A DNA stretch of 64,000 nucleotides. It comes from an uncultured Candidatus Saccharibacteria bacterium (GTDB taxonomy: Bacteria > Patescibacteriota > Andersenbacteria > UBA10190). Positions 36,217-44,533 of this stretch are shown one piece after another. The translations under genes and the position numbers were made by a program. The DNA lies in NCBI GenBank assembly GCA_964359735.1, contig CAYHTZ010000002.1:22937-86936 (forward strand). The letters run 5' to 3'. The notes under the pieces were generated by a model. That model worked only from the letters and a program-made list of their open reading frames with translations, was not told the DNA's origin and ran no database searches. Numbering within the stretch: the stretch's first letter is position 1; each line of letters opens with the position of its first letter.

Positions 36217-38932
36217 CCCTAAACTTGCTCTGATTGATGCTCATGCGCTCATCCATCGCGCCTATCATGCTCTGCCGCCCATGAGTACACGGGAGGGGCT
36301 GCCCACCAATGCAGTCTTTGGGTTTACAACTATGCTGCTTAAGATGTTTTCCACGCTGAAGCCGACACACGTGGTCGCCGCTTTTGATGTGAAAGGGAAA
36401 ACATTTCGGGCCAAGGAGTATGCCGAGTACAAAGCGCACCGCAAAGAAATCGATGCAGAACTCGCGGCGCAGTTTGAACCGGTGAAAGATGTACTGAGAG
36501 CATTTAGCATCCCGGTCATTTTTAAGAAAGGTTTTGAAGCTGACGATGTGATTGGCACAATTGTCGAGCGCTTGAACGGTAAGATGCGTACGGTGATCGT
36601 GACAGGCGACATGGACACGCTGCAGCTGGTGGACGGCGACACGAGCGTCTTTACGTTGAAGCGCGGGGTCACGGACACGATTCTCTACACGCCGGAGCTC
36701 GTGCGCGAGAAGTACGGATTTGGGCCCGAGCACATTGTTGATTACAAAGGACTCGCGGGGGATCCCTCGGATAATATCCCCGGAGTGGCGGGGGTGGGGC
36801 AAAAGACGGCCCAGGAACTCATTACCCAGTTTGGGTCGGTGGAAGAAATTTTTGCGGGCGTAGGAAAAATTCCTGAGAAGCTGCGCAAGAAGCTGGCAGG
36901 CAAAAAGAAAGAGGCGTTTCTCTCGAAGAAGTTGGCGACGATTAAGCGGGACGTGCCCATCGCGTTTGTGATTTCCGAGGCGGAGCTCGCCGGCTACGAC
37001 ACCGAAAAAGTGCGCGACGTGTTTGAGAAGTTTGAGTTCAGAAGCCTCTTGGCCAAACTACCGGCGGGAGGAACGGGCATACAGCCGACACTGTTTGCGG
37101 CTGCCCAGAAGACAGTAGACAGTAAACAGGATACAGAGCTGCCGGAGAATTATCATTTAGTAGAAACAAAGAAAGATGCGGAAGTGTTCAAGAAAGAGCT
37201 CCAAGGGGCCAAGATGGTGGCATTTGATACAGAAAACGATTCGCTAGGCGTGCAGTACCCCATTGTGGGTATGAGTTTTGCTGTGAAGAAGGGGAAGAAG
37301 ATTGAGGCCTACTATGTCCCGGTGAATCCCGAGAGTGTGAAGGCGTGGAAAGGCGTATTGGAGGATCAAGATATTCCGAAGACGGGCCACAACTTAAAGT
37401 ACGACATGAAAATATTGGCCCAATCGGGTATTGAGCTTAGGGGAGTTGTATTTGATTCCATGCTGGCAAGCTACTTGCTGCACCCGGGGGCGCGAGCACA
37501 TGGGCTGGACACGCTGTCGGTGCAGGAGCTTGGTCACCACCCGATCCCGCTGACCAGTTTGATAGGATCAGGCAAAGACCAGAAAAGAGTTTCGCAGGTG
37601 CCGGTAATCGAGTTAGCCCGGTACGCGGCGGAGGATGCGGAGCTGGCGCTGCGTTTGTACGAAGCGCTGAGCGGGCAGCTTAAAAAAGAAAAACTGACGC
37701 GCGTGTTGGAAGAGTTGGAAATGCCGCTTCTGCCGGTGTTAGTAGACATGGAACTCACGGGCGTGGCGGTGGATGCGGGGCAGCTCACGAAGTTGCAGAA
37801 GACGGTGGCCAAGCGGATTGAGAGCTTGCAGCGCCGGATATGGAAGGAAGCGGGAGAAGAGTTCAATATTAATTCTACGCAACAGTTGCGCGAGATATTG
37901 TTCAACAAACTCAAGCTTTCAACAGTGGCGATTGCTCGCAAGCAGTCTGGGTTTTCGACAGCGGCCAGTGAGCTGGACAAACTGATGGGCCAGCACCCGA
38001 TTATTGGACTTTTGGCGCAGTACCGGGAGCTCACCAAATTACAGAATACCTATATAGAAGTGTTGCCGGAGTTGGTGGCTAATAAGACAGGCAGGATTTA
38101 TGGCGAGTTTAACCAGGTGGTGGCGGCCACGGGCAGGATTTCGAGCCAGAACCCGAACTTGCAGAATATTCCCGCGCGGACAGAGCTGGGGCAGGAAATT
38201 CGGGCCGCATTTGTAGCACCGAAAGGGAAAGTGTTGGTGAAAGCCGATTACTCTCAAATTGAACTCCGGCTAGCCGCACATTTATCACAAGATGAAAACA
38301 TGACTGCCGCCTTTCGAGCCGGGGAGGACATTCATGCGGCCACCGCCGCCCGGGTGTATGGCGTGGACGTGAAGGATGTGCAACCGAAGCAGCGTCGAGC
38401 CGCGAAAACGCTCAACTTCGGCGTACTGTATGGCATGGGGCCGCAAAGTTTTGCGCGGGCGGCTAAGGTGAGCGTGGAAGAAGCGCGTTCATTTATTGGG
38501 CGGTATCGGGAACAGTACAGTGGCCTGACCAAATTCATCGAGGCTACCTTAGAAGAAGCACGGGCGACCCAGACAGTTACGACCATGTTTGGCAGAAAGC
38601 GCCACATGCCGGAAATTAACTCTCGTGCGCCCATGATACGCGCGCAAGCAGAGCGGGTAGCATTTAATTTCCCCTTGCAAGGCAGCGCGGCGGACATTTT
38701 AAAGAAAGCGATGATTCAGCTTCACGAGCATTTAAAGAAAAAGTATCCCAAGGCAAAACTGGTGCTGACCGTGCATGACGAACTGGTTGCAGAAGTGCCC
38801 GAAAAAGACGCCAAGAAGGTAGCGGCCGACATGAAGAAAATCATGGAAAGCGTAGCCACGCTGGACGTGCCCCTGGTGGTAGATGCCTCCGTCGGCAAAA
38901 ACTGGCGGGATATGACCCCTACCCCCGCCTAA
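36206..38932 (+). CDS. polA: DNA polymerase I
   Basis: 5'-3' exonuclease (EADDVIG, GDPSDNIPG); polymerase motifs DYSQIELR, AKTLNFGVLYG, TVHDEL. Confidence 0.98.
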   Translation: MARNPKLALIDAHALIHRAYHALPPMSTREGLPTNAVFGFTTMLLKMFSTLKPTHVVAAFDVKGKTFRAKEYAEYKAHRKEIDAELAAQFEPVKDVLRAFSIPVIFKKGFEADDVIGTIVERLNGKMRTVIVTGDMDTLQLVDGDTSVFTLKRGVTDTILYTPELVREKYGFGPEHIVDYKGLAGDPSDNIPGVAGVGQKTAQELITQFGSVEEIFAGVGKIPEKLRKKLAGKKKEAFLSKKLATIKRDVPIAFVISEAELAGYDTEKVRDVFEKFEFRSLLAKLPAGGTGIQPTLFAAAQKTVDSKQDTELPENYHLVETKKDAEVFKKELQGAKMVAFDTENDSLGVQYPIVGMSFAVKKGKKIEAYYVPVNPESVKAWKGVLEDQDIPKTGHNLKYDMKILAQSGIELRGVVFDSMLASYLLHPGARAHGLDTLSVQELGHHPIPLTSLIGSGKDQKRVSQVPVIELARYAAEDAELALRLYEALSGQLKKEKLTRVLEELEMPLLPVLVDMELTGVAVDAGQLTKLQKTVAKRIESLQRRIWKEAGEEFNINSTQQLREILFNKLKLSTVAIARKQSGFSTAASELDKLMGQHPIIGLLAQYRELTKLQNTYIEVLPELVANKTGRIYGEFNQVVAATGRISSQNPNLQNIPARTELGQEIRAAFVAPKGKVLVKADYSQIELRLAAHLSQDENMTAAFRAGEDIHAATAARVYGVDVKDVQPKQRRAAKTLNFGVLYGMGPQSFARAAKVSVEEARSFIGRYREQYSGLTKFIEATLEEARATQTVTTMFGRKRHMPEINSRAPMIRAQAERVAFNFPLQGSAADILKKAMIQLHEHLKKKYPKAKLVLTVHDELVAEVPEKDAKKVAADMKKIMESVATLDVPLVVDASVGKNWRDMTPTPA

Positions 38933-39043
38933 CGGCCGGTACTCCCCCTTCGTAAGGGGGAGAAAGGTTTTGTAGGTCAGTTTTCCCCTCCTTACGAAGG
39001 AGGGGATGGTCGACCCGCCGGCTGGCGGGGAGACGGGGAGGTG
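38915..39043. mobile_element. Gene-less REPIN/MITE-like doublet matching the ends of the DUF559 element
   Basis: Left core CTCCCCCTTCGTAAGGGGGAG (38942-38962). Right core 38985-39005 is identical (21/21) to 23967-23987. Confidence 0.7.
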
Positions 39044-39108
39044 TATACTCTTGCTCTTTTTTGCAGTCTGTTGTACAGAGGTTAGCTAAGTCTTAATTAA
39101 GAAATCTT

Positions 39109-39363
39109 ATGAGTTTTGAATCCATTTCCCGCAGTGCGATTTTCTTTGTAGTGATGGTTGCTATGGCGCTGAGCCTTTCTCCTACGCGCCAGCCCTTCCC
39201 AGCACCTTCTCCAAGCCCTACTCTGGAACCTCTGCCGTCACCGTATGTTGAGAAGGAATCGCCTGAAGTTGATCTGGATTTTGATCTTGATAGTGAAGGT
39301 GGTTTGTTTCCGAAGCCATATAACGGATCGCAGCCTGAGTCGGATCAAGGTATTCCTGAATGA
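39109..39363 (+). CDS. Small secreted/membrane Pro-rich hypothetical protein
   Basis: Hydrophobic N-terminus paralogous to that of the 39887 ORF. Confidence 0.55.
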   Translation: MSFESISRSAIFFVVMVAMALSLSPTRQPFPAPSPSPTLEPLPSPYVEKESPEVDLDFDLDSEGGLFPKPYNGSQPESDQGIPE

Positions 39364-39491
39364 ATAAGAGGAGAACGGGATTCCTGAAAATGGTTTGGTG
39401 TAAACAGCTGCGTAACGCAGGTTTTTGGTTATTGAATAGTCACTTCCTAGCTTGAAAAATTTGGGTGGAAGGTCTAGCACTAATAGTAAGT

Positions 39492-39827
39492 ATGAAAGGG
39501 GTAGTTGGATTACTTGTAAATGTTTTCCTGGTGGGTGTTTTGATGGTCCCGTTTGTAGAGGCTACATCTACGCCGTTTCCTGAGCCCTCCTTTATCAAAT
39601 ACAGAGTTGCGTGGATGGACTTGGCTACTGGCGTTATTACTCGTGGGGCACCAATATACGACAGCCCTAACGCGGCGCAATGGTGGGCGGACACATGGAA
39701 TTGGCTCTTTCGCGGCAGCAGGTTTTACTGGGTAGAAGCGGTGGACATGCTCACGATGAAAATGGTGCCGCTCCCGGCTGCTCCCGCGCCAGCCGCTCCA
39801 GCTCCCATGCCAGTAGTGCCACTTTGA
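39492..39827 (+). CDS. Small secreted hypothetical protein
   Basis: Signal-peptide-like N-terminus, Pro/Ala-rich tail. Confidence 0.5.
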   Translation: MKGVVGLLVNVFLVGVLMVPFVEATSTPFPEPSFIKYRVAWMDLATGVITRGAPIYDSPNAAQWWADTWNWLFRGSRFYWVEAVDMLTMKMVPLPAAPAPAAPAPMPVVPL

Positions 39828-39886
39828 GCCCTTGCATTTTTTGGGGGTCTGTTGTACAAAACCTGGTTACATCTAACTGTATGTTT

Positions 39887-40501
39887 ATGAATTTTGAGAA
39901 TGTTGCCCGCAGTACGATTGTGTTCGTAGTCATGCTTGCTATGTCGGTGAGCACAGTGAGCGTGGCGTCGGCTGAGGTTCTCACGCCTCGCGAGCCGATT
40001 CCCGCTCCAGCGCCAGGTGCGGGAACCGTAGAGCTTCTTCCACCTCCGAAGGTGCAGACGCCAGAGCTTTTACCCCCGCCGAAGGAAGTTCCACGCGGTC
40101 CTGTCAAGGTTAAAGCGGATGACCCAAGGGTGCGAGAGATTCTCACTAGACAATTCAAGGATCTCGAGGAGAAAATTCCTTCTATAAAAGATCCTCGCTT
40201 GCAACAGCTGGCCTGGGAAGGATTCTTGGCCCGTTTGCAGCGGTGGTACAGTGTGAACTGTGATGCAAAAACAGGCGAAGCAAAGAATAGGAATCCAGTG
40301 ACCACGGCGAATTGTGCTGCGGTGAAAGAGCTCATTCGACAGGTGCAAGGGAAAATCTCGTGGCTCCAAGGAGTAATTGATAAGAGGGTTGCCATGGTGA
40401 CCCCGCTGCCGGTGCCGACAACTGTGGTTTCAACTTCAAGTAATACTTCAGATGCTCAAGTCCTCGCGAGTATCATGAGTGAAATCGATCTCGTGCTGTA
40501 A
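39887..40501 (+). CDS. Secreted hypothetical protein
   Basis: Signal peptide ending ASA-E, two ELLPPPK repeats, helical domain with two Cys. Confidence 0.65.
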   Translation: MNFENVARSTIVFVVMLAMSVSTVSVASAEVLTPREPIPAPAPGAGTVELLPPPKVQTPELLPPPKEVPRGPVKVKADDPRVREILTRQFKDLEEKIPSIKDPRLQQLAWEGFLARLQRWYSVNCDAKTGEAKNRNPVTTANCAAVKELIRQVQGKISWLQGVIDKRVAMVTPLPVPTTVVSTSSNTSDAQVLASIMSEIDLVL

Positions 40502-40523
40502 GATAAGAGCTTACGTTTATGCT

Positions 40524-40552
40524 AAAGCGCCCACGCACCGTGGGCGCTTTTT
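40524..40552. terminator. Intrinsic terminator, probably bidirectional
   Basis: AAAGCGCCCACG-cac-CGTGGGCGCTTTTT between convergent genes. Confidence 0.85.
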
Positions 40553-41597
40553 ACGATCCGAATCTGGCGACGCAGAGATTGTACTGGTCAATTTGGGCGT
40601 TGAGTTGGTTGGCTAGATCAATCAGCTCATTGTTAATAGCGTTGAGCTGGTCAATGAAGCTGTTGTAGGCTGAGCGGCGCTCTTCAATTTTTGGTTCCAA
40701 CTCGCGGGCTTGGTTGTGCAGAGCTTCGCCTTCCGCCCACAGCCGCTCGGCTTCTTCTTGGTCACCCCGGCGCGCGGCGGCGTTACCCTCTTCAATTTTT
40801 TGGTTACCTTCACGCACTAAGCGATCGTGCTCGGCAATCAAGCGTTCCAGCTCAGCTTGGGTGCGGTCGAGTTCTACTTCAATTTGCTCAGTGAGGGCTT
40901 TCTTTTGATCAAACTGTTGGCGCAGCGTGGGCGAAGGGCCGGGGCAAGCGGAGGAAGGAGTGCCGAAGGTTTGCACGGCCAGCCAGGTTTGCTCACCTTG
41001 GAAAGTGCCTTGAGCTGTCGCGACACCTATTTCCGCAAAATGTTGGTTCAGAATATTAGCGCGGTGGCCGGGGGAAGACATCCAGGCGTTCACCAAAGCA
41101 GCATCTCCGGCGAAATTCCCCAGCGCTAAGTTTTCGCCGACGGCGATGTAGGCGTAGTTGGTATCCTCCACCCAATCGGCGGGCCCGCGTCCGTCGGGGC
41201 CAATGTGGTCGAAGTACTGTTTTTGGAACATGTCGTTCACCTTGGCCTGCGCGGCTGCTGCCAGCTTGGCGTTGAGAGGGAGAGCGGGTAAGCCCGCCTC
41301 AGCGCGGTGGCGGTTCGTTTCCGCAATGGTGCCAGAGGCGGTAAGCGTTTGTGCCGGCGCATCAGTGCGGCCGCGCAGCGGACCGGGAGTGGTAATTTCA
41401 GTGACGGGTTGCTGAAGTACAGGGAGAGATGGTAGGGAGATACCTTGCGGCAAACTTACATTGGGCAAGTTGTTGGTAAGTTCACTCAGCTTGCTATTCA
41501 GTAAACTGTTGGGGTCTTGCCACTGCTGCACGCCTACACCCACACCACCGAGAATTACGGCGAGTAACACTAGTAAAACGATGACGCGCCCGAACAT
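40551..41597 (-). CDS. CAP (SCP) domain protein with C-terminal coiled coil
   Basis: TNRHR, YFDH, GENLA, WMSSPGHRANIL. Confidence 0.9.
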   Translation of the reverse strand: MFGRVIVLLVLLAVILGGVGVGVQQWQDPNSLLNSKLSELTNNLPNVSLPQGISLPSLPVLQQPVTEITTPGPLRGRTDAPAQTLTASGTIAETNRHRAEAGLPALPLNAKLAAAAQAKVNDMFQKQYFDHIGPDGRGPADWVEDTNYAYIAVGENLALGNFAGDAALVNAWMSSPGHRANILNQHFAEIGVATAQGTFQGEQTWLAVQTFGTPSSACPGPSPTLRQQFDQKKALTEQIEVELDRTQAELERLIAEHDRLVREGNQKIEEGNAAARRGDQEEAERLWAEGEALHNQARELEPKIEERRSAYNSFIDQLNAINNELIDLANQLNAQIDQYNLCVARFGS

Positions 41598-41668
41598 ATG
41601 GTGTAGTTATACCTCAGAGTTTGGTGCTTGACTAATTGTCAAAAAGTGATAATTTAGCAGGCTTACAT

Positions 41669-43558
41669 ATGGTAATGATAGGTACCACTCTTGGTCACTT
41701 TCTGACGGTCAACTTCTTGTATTTTGCCCTGTCTTTTGCCTGGGCAGTCGCCTTGCTCTCGGTGCGTAACCTCGTGCATGTATCGTGGACTGATCGGAAA
41801 GAGCTCGTTCTTCTTTCTGTCTCACATCTGGGCATTCTGGGGCTTAGTTACCTTTTTCACGAATTTAGCCCTCTCCTTTTCTTTTCTACTTTTATTAGTT
41901 TGCTTTTTCTGGGAATGAGCTCACGGTTTCTGTCTGGCTACACGTGGGCGGGAAAGTATTTCTTCACTTCAAACTTCTTACTGTTCTTATTCGGTCTCCT
42001 GTGGAGCTTCTGGTTCATTCTCACTATCCCCGTCAGTCCGCTGACCCGCGGTCTTATGCTCGTAGTGGCACCACTCCTGCTCTTAACTCTGCCGAGCAGT
42101 GTCGTGCAGTTCTTGGAACAGTTTGAAGTCCTCTGTCGCAAACGTTGGGTGCGGCCCCGGTTTTCTTTACCGAGCGAGCCTCGGATGAATTATCCAAAAA
42201 TTTCCTTACATGTTCCGATCTACGCTGAGCCGCCTGAGCTGGTAACGGAAACACTGAATGTCCTATCGCGCATAGATTACCCCAACTTTGAAGTCTTGGT
42301 GGTGGATAATAATACAAAGGACGTGGACTTATGGAAACCGGTTGAGCGGCATTGCCGCACCCTTGGGGAGAGGTTTAAGTTCTTTCATGTTGACCCTCTG
42401 GCAGGTGCCAAGGCCGGGGCTTTGAATTTTGCACTCACCAAAACTGCGCCCGATGCCGAAATTGTCGGAGTGATAGACGCCGACTACCAGGCTCAACCAG
42501 ATTTCTTGAAAGCACTGGTGGGATACTTTGACGATCCCAAAATGGGCTTTGTCCAGACGCCGCATGACTACCGGGCTTGGGAGAATAACGCTTACCTGCG
42601 TATGTGCTACTTTGAGTATAAAATTTTCTTTCACACCACTATGGTTAGTATCAATGAGCGCGATGCGGCTCTGACGGTGGGTACTATGTGCTTGATTCGG
42701 AAAAGTGCGCTGGAGCAGGCTGGTGGGTGGGCGGAGTGGTGTGTAACTGAAGATTCGGAATTGGCCATTCGTATCCATGCCATTGGGTACTCATCGGTTT
42801 ACTTAACCCAATCGTTCGGGAAGGGCCTGATTCCTGAGACATTCGCCGGGTATAAAAAGCAGCGCTACCGCTGGACGGCGGGCCCCGTTCAGGAGTTCAA
42901 GCATCACTTTAACCTTCTGATGCTTTGGCCTTGGCGTACGCCTTCGCTGCTGACTGTGGCTCAGCGGATCCATCATTTCAACCATGGGCTGGATCGGTTC
43001 ATTGTGGGCTTGGGACTCCTTCTCACACCCTTGGGGCTCGCGGTAATTGGCTCAATGGTGTTTCACCACGAAGTTGTTCATGTGCCTTTCGAATTGTGGT
43101 TAGGAGCCACCGTGTTGTTAGTATCGAGCATCTTCTTACACTGGATGTTGTACAAGGTAACGCTGGGAGCTTCGTTAAAGAATACGGTGGGAGCCCTGCT
43201 GGCTAGCAAAGCGCTCAGCCATGTGATTTCGATTGCGAGTTTCAAAACGATTTTGAGAACCCAAACGCCGTGGCATCGAACAAATAAGTTTACCGTGGCT
43301 TCGACGTTCGGGAGAGCATTATCGGCGGCAAAAGTGGAGCTCCTGTTGGGTGTCGCAATCCTGGCGCTGGTGGTGGTTGCTTTTATGCAGCTGCCTCTAC
43401 CGGGGCTCTTGCTAATGTTTCTGATTGGGATGAGCTATAGGGGGTTAGCGTACCTGGCTGCACCGTTGCTGGCGCTCATGGCAGAGATGAACATCAAGAA
43501 ACTGGCGACAGCTGTGGATAATTCCTCTCGCACAAGTGGTGTCGTATTCGCAGAGTAG
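41669..43558 (+). CDS. Processive membrane GT2 glucan synthase (cellulose-synthase/NdvB-like)
   Basis: KAGALN, DADY, QTPHDY, TEDSEL, QRYRW; TM segments at both ends. Confidence 0.88.
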   Translation: MVMIGTTLGHFLTVNFLYFALSFAWAVALLSVRNLVHVSWTDRKELVLLSVSHLGILGLSYLFHEFSPLLFFSTFISLLFLGMSSRFLSGYTWAGKYFFTSNFLLFLFGLLWSFWFILTIPVSPLTRGLMLVVAPLLLLTLPSSVVQFLEQFEVLCRKRWVRPRFSLPSEPRMNYPKISLHVPIYAEPPELVTETLNVLSRIDYPNFEVLVVDNNTKDVDLWKPVERHCRTLGERFKFFHVDPLAGAKAGALNFALTKTAPDAEIVGVIDADYQAQPDFLKALVGYFDDPKMGFVQTPHDYRAWENNAYLRMCYFEYKIFFHTTMVSINERDAALTVGTMCLIRKSALEQAGGWAEWCVTEDSELAIRIHAIGYSSVYLTQSFGKGLIPETFAGYKKQRYRWTAGPVQEFKHHFNLLMLWPWRTPSLLTVAQRIHHFNHGLDRFIVGLGLLLTPLGLAVIGSMVFHHEVVHVPFELWLGATVLLVSSIFLHWMLYKVTLGASLKNTVGALLASKALSHVISIASFKTILRTQTPWHRTNKFTVASTFGRALSAAKVELLLGVAILALVVVAFMQLPLPGLLLMFLIGMSYRGLAYLAAPLLALMAEMNIKKLATAVDNSSRTSGVVFAE

Positions 43559-43583
43559 AAGAGCAACACAAACACATATGACT

Positions 43584-43634
43584 GGGAGGGAAAGGCCGAA
43601 CCACTTTTGCGGCTTTTTCTTCCTGTGGTATAGT
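43584..43634 (+). promoter_or_regulatory. Hairpin followed by an extended -10 promoter
   Basis: GGGAGGGAAAGGCCG...CGGCTTTTTCTTCC, then TGGTATAGT. Confidence 0.5.
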
Positions 43635-43848
43635 GGAGGGCTAGCATAAAAATAAACACTTGGTCAGGGGGATCGATTTTTTTGTGTATCCCTCGCCAAG
43701 ATGTTTTCTCCTTCAGTAACTGAATGTATGACAGGCCAGCGGCAAGCTGGCTTTGTTTTGTTTAGCCCAGCTGTCGCTCACTGCGTGAGCTATGGCGGGC
43801 AAGGACTTTTGAAAAAACATTATGGTGTCTTGAAGGGAGGTGAGCGAT

Positions 43849-44454
43849 ATGAATAAGCGAATTGTGCTTTCTAGCATGTCCATCTTCGCCTCGCTCGCCT
43901 TGGTCACCGGTGCCACCTTTGCATTCTTTAGTGATGTAGGGACGAGCAATGACAACGTGTTTGCAGCGGGAGATCTTACTCTACAACTTGATGACGACAA
44001 TGAGCCGACATTCGCAACTAACGATGACACTGTGACAGCTTCATTTGGTGCTAGCGACATGGCACCAGGTGACTCAGTAACAGATTTTGTGTCTCTTCAC
44101 AATGGTGGCTCTATCGACATTGCTGAGATCGAACTTGGCGCGAATAAGACTGCTGGTGATGATGCTTTGGCTGATGAATTGCATCTGACTGTCTTAACGG
44201 GCGCTGACTCAGCTTGTACAGGTGGAACTGATCATACTTCTGCCATCAACACACAAATTGGAGGTGGTGTAGGTCCTCTGACCCTAGCTGAGCTGATTGC
44301 TGCTGACTATGATGCCCTACCCGGGCTCGCTGTGGGGGCTGACTCCTTTATGTGCTTAACCACTGAATTCGATGCGACCGCTGGTGATGCACTGCAGGGA
44401 ACTTCAATAACAGTTGATGTGGTATTCACTGCTCATCAGGACGCAAGTCAGTAA
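43849..44454 (+). CDS. TasA/CalY-like protein with a SipW-class signal peptide
   Basis: GATFAFFSD..TS..NVFAAGDL, MAPGD; strong SD GGGAGGTGA. Confidence 0.8.
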   Translation: MNKRIVLSSMSIFASLALVTGATFAFFSDVGTSNDNVFAAGDLTLQLDDDNEPTFATNDDTVTASFGASDMAPGDSVTDFVSLHNGGSIDIAEIELGANKTAGDDALADELHLTVLTGADSACTGGTDHTSAINTQIGGGVGPLTLAELIAADYDALPGLAVGADSFMCLTTEFDATAGDALQGTSITVDVVFTAHQDASQ

Positions 44455-44466
44455 TCTTCTTAGTTA

Positions 44467-44504
44467 AAGCCGGTGGCTCGTTGTAATTGGGCGGGCACCG
44501 GCTT
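44467..44504 (+). terminator. Intercistronic hairpin after the tasA-like gene
   Basis: AAGCCGGTG...CACCGGCTT with no clear U-tract. Confidence 0.5.
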
Positions 44505-44533
44505 ACGGACGGGGAAATTCTTAAGGATAGAAA

